From NCBI RefSeq assembly GCF_964355755.1, contig NC_092670.1, forward strand, positions 8,980,201-9,044,200: a stretch of 64,000 nucleotides of DNA. The letters run 5' to 3'. A model generated the notes under the pieces. The model saw only the letters and a list, made by a program, of their open reading frames with translations, made no database searches and was not told the origin of the DNA. Shown here piece by piece: positions 36,400 to 49,040 of this stretch; the stretch's first letter is position 1; the number at the start of each line of letters is the position of its first letter. The DNA comes from Antedon mediterranea. Its lineage: Eukaryota > Animalia > Echinodermata. A program made the translations under genes and the position numbers.

Positions 36400-39375
36400 T
36401 GCCCATGTTTGACCATTTCAAATTTACTTCATTGATGTCGTTGGTAATATTTGCTACAATAGTGTGATATACTATACAATTATTACATGTTCTTTTAATT
36501 TTAAATACAGTTTCATGACAATAAATATCAGCTTTATTAAGTATTTCTTAGTTTTCATTGAGAATTACCTTCCAGTTCATTGGGATAATGCAGAATCGCA
36601 CCATACAAACGAAATTTTAATTAGTTTCAATTCCATACTTTGTTTCAAGATCATTCTGCGAGAGGAAAGATCCTTTGGAATTAGTTACATCTTTAATTGT
36701 ACGGATACCTGCATTCCACCACAAGTTTTGAATATTAAAAGTTCTTTTAACGAAACAGCAATTGTAAAGTACCTGACAATTATATTTCATTTGCAGTATC
36801 TGGATTTAGTGAATAATGGTATACACTCCAGGCTAGCAGTATGGTTCTAGGACACCTACCCCCTAGACAGTTACCCCCGGATGTTTACCACCCGGACAAC
36901 TACCCCCTTAGGACAACTACCCCCCGGACAACTACTCCCCGGACAACTACCCCCTTAGGACAACTACCCCCTTAGGATAACAACCCCCCGGACAACTACC
37001 CCCCGGACAACAACCCCCTTAGGACAACCACCCCCTTAGGATAACTACCCCCCGGGTAACTACCCCCCGGTCAACTACCCCCTGGACAACTACCCCCCAG
37101 ACATCTACCCCCTCCCTTAGGACTATATTTATGTTCAATCTTTTACTTTTGTTTACAATAATGAATAGTAATTCCTCAAAGTAACGAATTAAAATATAGT
37201 TATTAATTCCTATTATACACTGTTGCAGAGTCAGGTTGTTGAATGGTCTGGGTGGTAGTTGTCCGTCCGGGGGGTAGTTGTTCTAAAGGGATAGTTGTCT
37301 GGGTGGTAGTTGTCCAGGGGTTAGTTGTCCTACGGAGGTAGTTGTCCTAAAAGATTATTTGCCCTCGGAGTATTGTCCAGGTCCAGGAGGTAGTTGTCCT
37401 ACGGGGAGTATTGTGTCAGAGGTAGTTGTCCGCGGGGTAATTACCCGGGGGGGGGGGAGAATTGTCCGGGGGTAATTGTCAGGGGGTAATTGTTCCTAGG
37501 GGGTAATTGTCCGGGAGGTAGTTGTCCAGGGGAGTTGTCCTACGGAGGTAGTTGTCCTAAATGATTATTTGCCCTCGGAGTATTGTCCAGGTTCAGGAGG
37601 TAGTTGTCCTACGGGGAGTATTGTGTCAGAGGTAGTTGTCCGCGGGGTAATTACCCGGGGGGGGGGTAATTGTCCGGGTGGTAATTGTCCGGGGGGTAAT
37701 TGTTCCTAGGGGGTAATTGTCCGGGGGGTAGTTGTCCAGGGGGTAGTTGTCCTAAGGGGGTTGTTGTCCTAAGGGGGTAGTTGTCCGGGGGGTATTTGTC
37801 CGGGGGGTAATTACCTGGGGGGGAGTAATTGTCCGGGGGATAATTGTCCGGGGGGGGGGTAATTGTCCGGGGGTTATTTGTCCGGGGGGTAGTTGTCCTA
37901 AAGGGGTAGTTGTCCTAAGGGGGTAGTTGTCCAGATGGTGGTTGTCCGGGGGTAGTTTTCCGGGGGGTAAATGTCCAGGGAGTGAATATCCGGATACGTA
38001 GCAGTACATCTCTATAAAATGTGGATAATTTTGTAAGCAGAGGAGAATATGTTTTTCTCACAAATGGCCTCAAACTCTATGGTTAAAAAAACTTTCCATT
38101 TTGCATCCCCATCATCCAGGTACCGTTTTATCCAACACAATTTAAGAGAATGGATGTAACTCGAAATATGTGACATTTTTAAACCGCCCTTGTTTTGTTT
38201 TCCATCCCAAAGAAAATCAAAGAACACATTTTGTAGTTTGTTAATATATTCTACATCAGGTGTTGGTAAATTTGAAATTGAATTATATGATAAAATTGGT
38301 AATGCCAAAGACTTGATTATTAATACTTTTCTAATCAAAGATAAACCTCTTAGTTTTCACATGTTGAGAACGCTTTTTATTCGATCCAATTTATTTTCAA
38401 AGTTAAGTGTAACAAGTTGATTAGCGTTCCCCGAAACATATACTCCGAGGTATTTGATTGGCCCATCTGTCCAAAACAAATTCTTGGTACAATTTTAAAA
38501 TTGGTATTGGTAAAAGTGCCTAGTCTTAAAATATTACTTCTATCAAAGTTGTCATTTAGACCAGAAAATGTAGCAGTTATCAAGAATTTCTATTGCTGTA
38601 TTCAGTAAATATTCATCCTGCAAGAAGAACACACAGTATCATCTGCTAGTTGATTTATTCTTATCAGTATTTGTAATGGTAATACCTTTAAAGTGTTTAT
38701 TTTGTTTCACTGATATCTCAAGCAATTCTGCCGCAATAAATAAATAAATATGGAAATAAGGGCAACACTGTCGTAGTCCCCTCGATGGTTAAATAATTCG
38801 AGGTAAAGCCATTATTAACTACACAGCTTGAAATATCAGTATACAACATTAATTTAAACCAGTTTTTTTTATCATTTCTCCAAACCAAATTTGTCGAGGA
38901 ATTCTTTAACAAACTTAATCTTATCGAAGGCCTTTTTGAAATCAACAAATAATAACAAATTATTTTTAAAAAAACGCTAAAGAAAAACATTTAAAAATGT
39001 TTTTCTATAGCGTTTTTTTTTTCATCTAATACAAGACGAATATTTTCTCTATGTAGCGATTTAAAAAAAAAACGTTTGGTCCAGGTTTATTATATTTGCC
39101 AACGTTTCTTTCATTCGTGTAGCAATTAGTTTTGCTATATTTTTGTAGTCTACGTTTAGTAGCGATATTATTGGACGCCAATTTTTTAACTCTGTTGGAT
39201 TTTTTTCTCCTTTTGGTAATAAAGATATAACTCCTCTTCGTTGAGATAACATACCTGTATGTTGGGAATATGAAATTGATTGCATTAAACATACCTAACA
39301 ACATTCCAAAACATTTTATAAAATTCTATAGGCAGAATATCAGTACCATAAGGAGACTTATTATTTTTCATAGAT
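36400..39375 (-). mobile_element. Degraded L1/Tx1-clade LINE ORF2, interrupted by a foldback element
   Basis: RGVISLLPKGEKNPTELKNWRPIISLLNVDYKNIAKLIATRMK..IINLDQT; ADDT motif region at ~38640; KVLIIKSLALP..FFDFLWDGK..GGLKM..SLKLCWIKRYLD; many frameshifts. Confidence 0.85.
36842..37998. mobile_element. Foldback-type element with GGACAACTACCCCC modular arms
   Basis: Left arm arrays of GGACAACTACCCCC, right arm GGGGTAGTTGTCC; 8-bp TSD TAGCAGTA at 36834-36841 and 37999-38006. Confidence 0.9.
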
Positions 39376-39499
39376 GTTATGGCTGCTGAATATTCTATAT
39401 CTAGAAGTTCCGAATTACATTTTTTTAAAGTCATTTTCTGAGATTCTCTCGCACTCATGCTGCTCAGTCTTGGGTTCTAACTCTAATACTAACCTCTGT

Positions 39500-39900
39500 A
39501 TAGTAAACTACAAAAAATCCAAAACAGAGCTTTACGCTTTATTCTCAAACTTAATCCTATGTCACACCTCTCTGATGATCACTTTAGACTAGCCCATACC
39601 ATTCCTCTTCAGAAAAGACTCAACTACCAACTTGGTTGTCTTACTTTCAAAACCCTAAATCTTCTTGCTCCTCAATGCTTATACCATCTCCTCACTAACA
39701 TTACTGCCAATGGGAGGATGACTACTCGTCAAATCTCAAAAGGAAATCTTCACATTCCTAAACCCTCTCTTGAAATTTTCAAACTCTCCTTCAGGCCCCT
39801 CATTTCTACAATGATCTTCCTCTATCTATCCGCAATTCCTTATGCTTTTCCTCTTTCAAAACTAGACTTATGACTTTTCTCAAAACTATGTAATCCTTTT
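39500..39900 (+). mobile_element. 3' fragment of a CR1/L2-group LINE
   Basis: LQKRLNYQLGCLTFKTLNLLAPQCLYHLL..TRQISKGNLHIPKPSLEIFKLSF, typical LINE ORF2 C-terminus. Confidence 0.7.
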
Positions 39901-39958
39901 CCAGATTTTAAATTGTAAAATAGTAGGTTTATTTATATATATTTTATATTTTGCTTAA

Positions 39959-40302
39959 AGATATATTGTCCCCCTAAAAAAATATTTTTTTAAATTTTTT
40001 TGTTCAATATGTTATTTTAATGTCACATAATAATTATTCACTCTCATAAAAAATTGGGTCTGAAAAAAATGTACTTACCTGAGAAAAATGTAATTTAAAG
40101 CAAAAAATGGTCAAATTGTCTGGAAGACAATAAGTTTTTGGGTAATTTAACTGTTTATTTTGTCTTTTTATAGGTGAAATAATTTTTTTCCCCGTTTTTT
40201 TTCTTATGGAAGTAAACAGCTTCATTAAAACTGCAAAATGGCCTATTCAAAGTCCGATTTTAAAAATCTTTATTTTTCATGATTTTGGGGGACAATACAT
40301 CT
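39959..40302. mobile_element. Short Kolobok-type MITE (same TIR family as 12435 and 30395)
   Basis: TTAA-AGATATATTGTCCCC...GGGGACAATACATCT-TTAA. Confidence 0.85.
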
Positions 40303-41166
40303 TTAATTTAACATATCAGTTATTTTCTATTTTTCAAATTTTCTTACTCGGATTTTTACGCCCGTATTCTTAAACCGAACTTTAGTCGTAGTTCGAGCTA
40401 AAACTTTAAAAATGACGTCATTTTAATTCATAAACCGAAATTCAACAAATCGCCGACTAAATCAGGCCAACCTCGACTAAATCGAGACGGATTTTGATCG
40501 ATTTTTGTAGTCCTGGAGTGGGCAGGCTAAATGGTCGACTAAATGGTTTTTAACCGATGTTTATGAAAAACGTAACAGTCATTGAGTTGTTATATTGGCC
40601 AGATATTGAAGAATGAAATATCTATTTTTATATTAGATTTATTAAACATACATTGGTATAAGTTATAATAATGAAAAACATCTTTATTTACAACCGTATA
40701 CAAATTACATTATTTTCTTCGAGCAAGTCCGACTTGAACTACGTCACGCCATAGCGACAATGGGAGATGCGGAAATTCACCACGCGATGGAATGTTTAGG
40801 GGGCCTAGCGCTTTCTTGTCACGCTATGAAGTGTGTGGTTCGTCGCAAACATACTTTGTTGGAGGCCTAGAAAATATGAAAGTTACTGTACCACCATGAT
40901 TCTTAAATATATTTTGAAGATTTTGTTTGTTGTTAATCGAAAGTACTTCACTGTTAAATTATACTGATCTTGTTCTAATAATTAACGATTACAATTATTT
41001 TTCATTTTATATAGTCCTGATGCGTAAAAAGTTTTGTACGAAAATGGAAAATTTCGTCTGCTCTCTTGTCATTGGCCAATGTATAGCCTTTGTTACCCAG
41101 ACGTGTGTAACGTGACTAAAAGCTCGACTTCATTAAGTCGAACTGCAAACTTCGACTACTTCGTTT

Positions 41167-42786
41167 CAGTGGTGGCGCCAGCGGGGGGGCTACGGGGGCT
41201 CTAGCCCCCTCGTCGGGGAGCCTAGCCCCCCCCCGTCGGGGAACACGGGTACTTTTTGTCGGGGAATATAATATACAGTAAAAAATGTTCGCGTTCACTT
41301 CATATAGCTTCAGCGCCTAGAAAACCACGTTCCATTGACCGTGAGAGTACGTCAGAGGGCTATTATGCACTTTTATGCATTCATTTATTGGCAGCGATCT
41401 AACTTACTACTAAACATTAGCTAGGTACGCACTTGTCTGGCGGTATCCCTTTGTACGAATCGTTCAACGTTGGGTCAACACGCGTGATATCAAGTTCCAT
41501 CCAGGGACCAAAATGTGTAATGTAGTTATTTTCCAGGCGAAGTTTACCGACGGTTACCGAAGGGAACACGGGTACTTTTTGTCGGGGAATAAATTATAAT
41601 ATACAGTAAAAAGCGTTCACGTTCACTTCGTAGCTAGCTTCAGCGCCTAGAAAACCGCGATGTTTCATTGACCGTGAGAGTACGTCAGAGTGATATTATG
41701 CACTTTATATGCATTCATTATTGCCAGCGATCTAACTTACTCCTAAACAATAGCTAGGTTTGCACTTGTCTGTTGGTATCCCTTTGTACGAATCGTTCAA
41801 CGTTGGGTCGAGACGCGTGATATCATGTTCCATCCAGGGACCAAAATGTGTACTGTAGTTATTTTCCAGGCGAAGTTTACTGACGGTTACGTCGTGTACT
41901 GCGTCGACGTACGCTACACTACAGCAGCAAAAACGAATTATGTTAATTGTTCGTATGTTCACCAATTTTTTAATTTACAAGTAACCTTCTTTACCGTGGG
42001 ACACCTAAAATAAATTTTTCATCCATTACTAAACAAAAAAACATGCCATTTTCGCTTAGCCAACATCTTATTATAGCTAAGTTATTACATTTTCAATGTC
42101 CTGTATGTCATGAATTTCTCACCACTCGGAAGTCCAGATGGTACGCACGTATACACTTGGGAGGAATAAACTTATTTCCCTGACTGAAAAAGGTCTACGC
42201 TTGCGTTTTTTAAGCCTCTAGGCCTGATGTTTCCAAAGTATAAAATGCTATTTTTTGAAGACCTGCAGCTCTAGTTTTAAACAGTTTCTTAGCTCAGCCC
42301 CAACAATAAAGCTGGTCATATTTCGAAGTACAAGAAGTGCATTTTCCGGGACCTAACATCTCTATTTTTCAAACATTTCTTAGCTCAGTCACAACCATGA
42401 TAGGGACTTATATATTTTGTTTCATGTTTTGAAGTATAATAAGTTCAATTTCCGGGACCTCCAACTCTATTTTTCTAAATTTTCTTTGAACTTTTATTTT
42501 TTAAATTGTAAAATATGGATTGAAACAGTCATCGCGCATCGTTTTTTTGCACGCAGTATTTTATTTATGCATTATAAAAAATGGAAAAAATGGCTACCCT
42601 AAATCTGATTAAAATGACCTCAAATGACGCTAGAACGCGTTGCTTCCGGGGGCTTCGCCCCCTGGACCCCCACCGGGGGTCCTTGGCGGCCCCAGGCCCC
42701 CAGCCTAGTGATGCTCGCTTCGCTCGCATAGCCCCCTCGTCGGGGAATGTAGCCCCCGCGTCGGGAAGATCCTGGCGCCACCCCTG
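41167..42786. mobile_element. Non-autonomous hAT element with internal ~320-bp tandem duplication
   Basis: CAGTGGTGGCGCCAG / CTGGCGCCACCCCTG ends; 8-bp TSD CTTCGTTT; duplication ~41239-41557 vs ~41562-41890. Confidence 0.9.
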
Positions 42787-43020
42787 CTTCGTTTTTTAAT
42801 CGAATTTGAAGTAACTACTCGAACTACGACTTTTTCAACTCCTCACTTTTCTTAGGATGTTTACCTTGTCTTGATAACGAAGTAATCTTGCATGGATTAC
42901 TCTCGGTTTTCCATCTTGTTTAGGCTTACTGGGTGCACGTTTATGTTGTTTATGAAATGGTTAAAAGAGCTATTGGGAGGCCTAATAGATAATACCAACA
43001 ATACTAGTTTTGGTAGATTT

Positions 43021-43303
43021 TGTTACCGTAGGCGTCCATCATAAATAAATTACAAATTTTGTAGATACTGATGTTCCTTTATTTATTCTCTGAACTATCT
43101 CTTGTATCTCTACAGATTACAGTATCATTAGCAACTTGAATAAACACCGTGAAAACTTGTAGCCTTATTGGAGCCTATGGTAAAGATACTTTTAACAATG
43201 ATTATCTCTAAACTTTATGTCATAACAAAATGTCTTATTCTCTCTTATCACTTTTTATCTATCTGAACTCTAGAGGGCCTCCTGTAAGTAGGCTGCAGTT
43301 ACA
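43021..43303 (-). repeat. 3' LTR of the BEL/Pao element
   Basis: Direct repeat of 48448-48730. Confidence 0.95.
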
Positions 43304-43315
43304 CTCCCACCCAAA

Positions 43316-44560
43316 TCATCTATGATTTAACCTTAACTCCCACCCTTGCCAGAATAAACACAAGTAATGCAAAACTGGAAGTATATTAACAATATTTACC
43401 AAAACTATAAAGAATAAGTTAACAGTTTGTATTTTTGAATTCTTTTCGTTCACTTGTTGAAGCTCGACTTTTATATTTACAATTTGTTCCTTTAATTCTT
43501 TTCCTTGATTTTCAATCCAATCTTTATTCCGATTCTGCTCCGTCGATACCTTCTCTTCAGATATATCATATATTCCTTTGAAGAGCTTTTTCGTTTCCTC
43601 CTCTAGCATAATCTCATGCTTTTCAGTTAATTCATCTGTGATTTTCTTTGTAACAGCTTCAATCTCTTCTGCATGAGATTCTGCTAACTGCTGTCGAATG
43701 TTCTGGAATTCTTGAACAAATTCGTTCTCTTTGTCCGATTTTTCAGTACAGAATTGAACCTTGAAATGGTCTTCAACTTCTTCTACTTTGGGTTTCATTT
43801 TGCGATCAATTTCAGCAACAACTTCAGAACGCTGTTGGTTTAATGCAATGCGATGGATATCTTCTTGATGGGCACTTTCATCTTCAAACCTTTTCCGATA
43901 TTCATTTTCCAATCTTTCTTTTTCATCAATAAACTGGGTAACTCTTTCATCTAACTCTGAAGTTTTCTTCTGCATTTCTTGGTTAGCTTCATCAAGCTCT
44001 CGATGAAGTTGCAAATTTACATCTTCTTTTTTTCCATTTTCTCTGTTAGTTCCTTGTTGTGATTATTAAGAAGTGCAACTTGATCTTCGAAGTCTTTTTG
44101 GATGTTCTGACAAGCCTCTAAGTCCATCTCTTTCTCATCTAATTGGTCTTGGAGTTCCTTTAAATTCTGTTCTAATGCATCTCTAATTTTGTTATTAGTT
44201 TCAGCATCTTCTTCACATTTCTTTTGCAATTCTTGCATTTCATTCTGGTGTCTTTCCTGCAGCTATGACTTAATCATAACAATTTGTCGTCCATAAGTCT
44301 CATCAAGTTCTGCATGTAGTAAAGCCAATTGTTCACTAATGTTAGGTGGATTAGACGCTACAGCCTGTTGAAGTTGTTTGTTCATATAAGCAAGTTCGTC
44401 ATCTGATTTCCTTTTAACCAGATCTCTTTCTTCTTTAATTTCTGCTAACTCATCATTTTTCTTAGCATACTTTGTGGCTAAATCCTGCAATAGTGTCTCT
44501 TTCTTAGTGACAGTCTCTTGTAACTTGATAACCTGCATTTGTGCTTCAGTCATCTCGTGA
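43316..44560 (-). pseudogene. Intronless coiled-coil host-gene fragment (AKAP9/pericentrin-like) fused in frame to gag
   Basis: ~390 codons of E/K/Q-rich heptads; LHAELDETYGRQIVMIKS resembles the AKAP9 motif AELDEMYGQQIVQMKQ (recalled, not searched); one TAG (44263-44265) and one homopolymer frameshift (~44030). Confidence 0.6.
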
Positions 44561-45268
44561 GCTGAATCTCTCTCGTTTACATGTAGACTTGTTGGATGTC
44601 TCCTTTGGCAAATTTTACAAATACTTTTCTGGTTACAGTTCCTTGACACATGGCCATGTTGTAAGCAGCTGAAGCATAGACCATTTTGCTTGATGTATTG
44701 CTGTTTTTTGGTTTCAGGTTTTCTGGCAAACGCTCTGCAGTCACTTAGGTGATGGTTATTCATTTTACACATGAAGCATGATGGCATTCCACTGATACTG
44801 GTGGCTAGCGTTTGAGATTGGTTTCGATATCTTGAACTTTTTTCTGTGAATTTTGTTTCATTTTCTGGTATTAAGGTAACAGGATCGCAAACAATTTCAG
44901 CTTCGGTCGTCAAAAATGTGGAAAAGTCATTGAATGTTGGATAACTACCCTTGATTTGCATAGCGCTCACTGCGTTTCTTCGCCATCTATTCACTAACCA
45001 ATCTGGTAATTTTTGAAGAATTTTCCGATTTTCTCTGCTGTCATTAAGAACTTCCAAGCCTTTCATTTCCTTCATTGCTATGTTGCATTGGTTCAGAAAG
45101 TCAGAGAGTCGCCTAAGGCCATTGTAATCTCTTGCTTGAATCCTTGGCCAGCTGTCTAATTTGTCTCTAAATGCTTCGGAAACTATAAATGGATTTCCAT
45201 ATCTTTTTTCTAAAACTGCTTTAGCGTTTTCATAAGCATGTTCACCTTGTAGCAGAAGGTATCCACTG
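44560..45268 (-). pseudogene. BEL/Pao gag, C-terminal part with three zinc knuckles
   Basis: YENAKAVLEKRYGNPFIVSEAFRDKLDSWP..LNDSRENRKILQKLP..; CFMCKMNNHHLSDC, CFSCLQHGHVSRNC, CKICQRRHPTSLH. Confidence 0.9.
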
Positions 45269-47374
45269 CACATCCACGTCAAATAGTGATAATGGGAAAT
45301 TAAGTGTTCCGAGAGCCTTTTTAATTTAAAAGTTAGCCAGAGCCTTTTTCGATAGGCTATAAATAGAAAGTTACCGAACATTACGAGCGACGCGAGTTCT
45401 GACTTTCGTATTTTATAGGCTGTCTAAATTTCCTTTTTAACTCGTTTATATTAAATTATATTGCTGTTTAATTGATTTCTGTGTATTAGGAACATTTATA
45501 TTAAACAAAAACCACAACAGTACCAATTTTTGTTTATTATGGATTCATTTATTCGAATTCTAAGATAAACGTCTAAGCCAAGTGTAAGCGTAAACAAAGC
45601 TAGTCATACGACGAAAACAAGAAAGTGAAAACTAACTAGTTTGTTAAAATAGTTAACATTAATTTGGAATTTTTAAATGAAATTCTGAAAACGGTATAAT
45701 ATAGTCTTATATGTATTTTCTAAGATTTCCAAAAATAAGCTTGGTGTTATTTTTCAAACAAATTCTATAAGGAGTTGAATATAGGTCTGTTTTAAGCGAA
45801 AGCACGTTGCGCGTAGGCCTAGGGAGACGCGGCAGGGCTGGAATAATCGTTTTCTTAGGCGAAGAGAATGAGGGAAGATGCGCTTCATCATTGGCCCCTC
45901 GTTTGTTATTCTTGTTAAGTGGCGGATTCATAATCTTAATATGAGGACAAAGGGCTTATAAATTTTGAAATAAAGTGTTGAACTTTCATTTTTCTTAACA
46001 TTATTAAGAAGTGGGTGGGGGGACTGTCTGCAAGCTAGGCCTGGACTGTTTAAATTGGTAAAATACTATAAAATCAATACATTCTTGGGGCTAAATAATT
46101 AATGAAATTTCACGATTCCCTTCTTTTTATTATAATAATGGAGCAATAAATGAAATACACACCATTTAACATAAAACCTTTAATATTATCACAAATTAGA
46201 CAACAGGTTTTGTACATCAAATTAACATCTTTTGTACTAGGCCTAGGCCTTTTTCTATTTATATTTATAATGATTATTTATTGCCGATTTTGAAATCACA
46301 TTTAAACTTTATAACAATTACCGCACAACAACAAACCTCCGCTTGAACCTTTATATAAGTAAATTAGGAAAATATTTTTTAAAAATTAAATGTCCTTTGG
46401 CAATAAAAATCTGTAGATATCCATAAAATTACTGTAGTGTTGTTTCACATATGCTGGTAAATTAATGAGAAATTGTTGCAGTGATTAATGCTATTTCTAT
46501 TGTATTGAAGTATGCAGACACCATAAGAACATCCCTCTGTGATCTGTAAAAAAAAACACATTAAATTAATAATAATCACTATTTTAGTTATATTTGTAAT
46601 CATTTATTTTTATTTCCTTAGGCCTAGGCCTATAAATACGCGCGCCCGACAAAGAACACGCGCCAACAATACACGCACTACTCCACTATAATAACAGGCT
46701 AAAGCCTAGTAAACTAGGCCTAGACTATATTGATTTTTAAATAAAATAAAAGAGGCTTTGTAAAGTTTTATGATTAAAAACATCTTTCCTATATATTATA
46801 TAACGTTCTTATTATTTTAAAAAGCAACATTTTTAATCTTATGGTGTAAAAAAATGATTTTAGCTACAACCATGTGTTCCATTTTCAGCAGTAAAATAAC
46901 CAAAAAGGCACATGTTTAAGCAGCCATTAAAAAAAAATATAAAATAACACCAACGAGATTTTTTTATTAACGACTATTGAAAAATTAAATATCCAGAAAA
47001 TATAAAACCCACCTTCTCAAAAAATTGGGTTTTTTTATTACAGCCTCAACAAATTAGACGAAATTTTAACATTCGAATACCCTAAAATTGTTTAAAAAAC
47101 ATCGGTGTAATTCACCCATGTTTGACACAGATATAATGGCTTTGTCGATAAAAAAACAATATCACGTGGTTCATAGATGCTGTGTCAAAGGTTTTCATGA
47201 ATTATTCATTAGTAAATAAAACCAAAAGTTCCAATTGGCCAGTTTGCAAAAACTTAATATTTATTTTTAAAAACAAAGTTGCTTCCGGGTAATTGTTCAC
47301 ACTGTCTCGTGTGCAAAAACGATTCGCTGCCGATAGAGGGCTCACTACTTTTTTTCCCTGGTGAATTGAATGTG
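45269..47374. mobile_element. Non-autonomous Chapaev-like (CMC) DNA transposon inserted in BEL gag
   Basis: CACAT...ATGTG ends, 4-bp TSD ACTG (45265-45268, 47375-47378); removal restores gag PAKEVV-SGYLL. Confidence 0.8.
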
Positions 47375-48469
47375 ACTGACAACTTCCTTTGCTGGGCCTC
47401 CTATGTATCTCTTAAGGTAGTGAATTCTGTCTGCTTTAGAAATTCCTTTATTTTCGATTAAACATCTAAAGGATGCGTTCCAATCATAGTACTTAAGAGG
47501 ATCGCCATCGAATATTGGTGGCTCTGGTGCTGGTATGCGGTTCATACTGAAGGCTGAAGAAAAGGCTTCTGCTAAAGCGTTTAAGTCTGTGGTACTGCTA
47601 GATTGATTTTGAGGCATTGTCGGTTGGGCTGTTGTTGCTTGTGTCTGTGTCATTAGAGGTTGAGGTTTGGTTAGGTTGCGAAACCTTAGTGCATGATCAT
47701 TTGAGGTTTGGTGTGGTGTGGTCATAATTTCTCGATATCCGTTCTGAATTTCCTGTTGAATTGCATCAACTCGTGCATTCTCTACAGCTGCAGCTTGTTT
47801 AGCCTCTAAAACTTTGAACTCTGCTTCAGCTTTGGCATGTTCTGTTCTTTGCTGTGCTTCCCGCCTTATTTCTTCAAGCCTTGCTTCTGCTTTCTTAATT
47901 TCCATTTCAGCTTCTTTTGCTGTAAGGTCTGCTTTCTGTTTAGCCATTTTTTCAGCAAATTGAGCAGTTTTGTTGGCTGCAGCAGCATTCGCCACGGCTT
48001 GAGCTTTAATGCTAACAATAGATCGACATGAACTCTTTGATGCTGCAGATTTTGAGGCTTGACACTCAAGGGCTAATGCATGTGCCTTATCCATAGCACT
48101 TGTTATACTAGCTTTGATGGAGTTGGCAATGGTGAGATATATGTTCTCATTCTCCAGGTGATCTTTGCGATGAATACCATCTCTATCTTGTGCATACAAT
48201 TTATTCAATACGCACCAAGCATCACTATATTCCTTTAATGCAGCTTTAGCTTTGCATAATGCAGTTTGTATCTCAAATACGTCGCTTGGAACATCTTCTA
48301 GTTCACTTGATGCTTCTTGAGCCTTTCTCTGAGTTTGACTCAACAGTTTTACTTCAGTAGCAATGCTAATTGACAGGTCCTTATCTGTAGGGCGTCTCTC
48401 ACTCTGTTCTCTTAGATTCATTGAGTTTCCATCAGCTAAGTTTTCACTGTTACCGTAGGCGTCCATCAT
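47375..48469 (-). pseudogene. BEL/Pao gag, N-terminal part (ATG inside the 5' LTR)
   Basis: Ala/Lys coiled coil then RIPAPEPPIFDGDPLKYYDWNASFRCLIE..DRIHYLKRYIGGPAKEVV, characteristic BEL gag (DUF1759 region). Confidence 0.9.
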
Positions 48470-48730
48470 AAATAAATTACAAATTTTGTAGATACTGATG
48501 TTCCTTTATTTATTCTCTGAACTATCTCTTGTATCTCTACAAATTACAGTATCATTAGCAACTTGAATAAACACCGTGAAAACTTGTAGCCTTATTGGAG
48601 CCTATGGTAAAGATACTTTTAACAATGATTATCTCTAAACTTTATGTCATAAAAAAATGTCTTATTCTCTCTTATCACTTTTTATCTATCTGAACTCTAG
48701 AGGGCCTCCTGTAAGTAGGCTGCAGTTACA
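48448..48730 (-). repeat. 5' LTR of the BEL/Pao element
   Basis: Direct repeat of 43021-43303. Confidence 0.95.
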
Positions 48731-49040
48731 GATTTGTCCTCTGAATTTGGCACGATAGATCACGACATCCTTGTCAGTCATTTGTAGAGGGAATTTGGTA
48801 TTACTGGCTCTGTTTACATTGGGTAACTAGCTACCATCAAGACCGTTATATTAGAGTTTGTGAACTTGGTGAATACTCTAGAAACCATATTTTCCAGTAC
48901 GGTGTTCCTCTGAGGGGTCTATGGTTGAACCTCTTATTTTCACTGTGTATGATCAACCTATCGCTGATATTATTATTAAGCGTTTTGATGTAGCTTATCA
49001 CATATATAATACGCTGACGATACACAATGTATGTCAGTTT
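48731..49040 (+). pseudogene. L2/CR1-group LINE RT remnant (target of the BEL insertion; continues from ~43000-43020)
   Basis: Joined across the TSD reads LVLVDLSSEFGTIDHDIL; later YGVP..PLIFTVY and YADDTQ. Confidence 0.7.

Larger units (their letters stand above)
43021..48730 (-). mobile_element. BEL/Pao LTR retrotransposon, non-autonomous (gag plus captured host sequence, no pol)
   Basis: 283-bp LTRs at 43021-43303 and 48448-48730 (2 differences seen), TGT..ACA ends, 5-bp TSD GATTT, GTGAAAA after the 5' LTR, purine-rich tract GGGTGGGAG before the 3' LTR. Confidence 0.95.

Noticed and set aside
37752-38009. Pro-rich ORF
   Set aside because: Translation of GGACAACTACCCCC repeat arm
45269-47374. 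Transib/RAG-like element because of CAC ends
   Set aside because: TSD is 4 bp not 5 bp, and no RSS-like heptamer CACAGTG or nonamer is present
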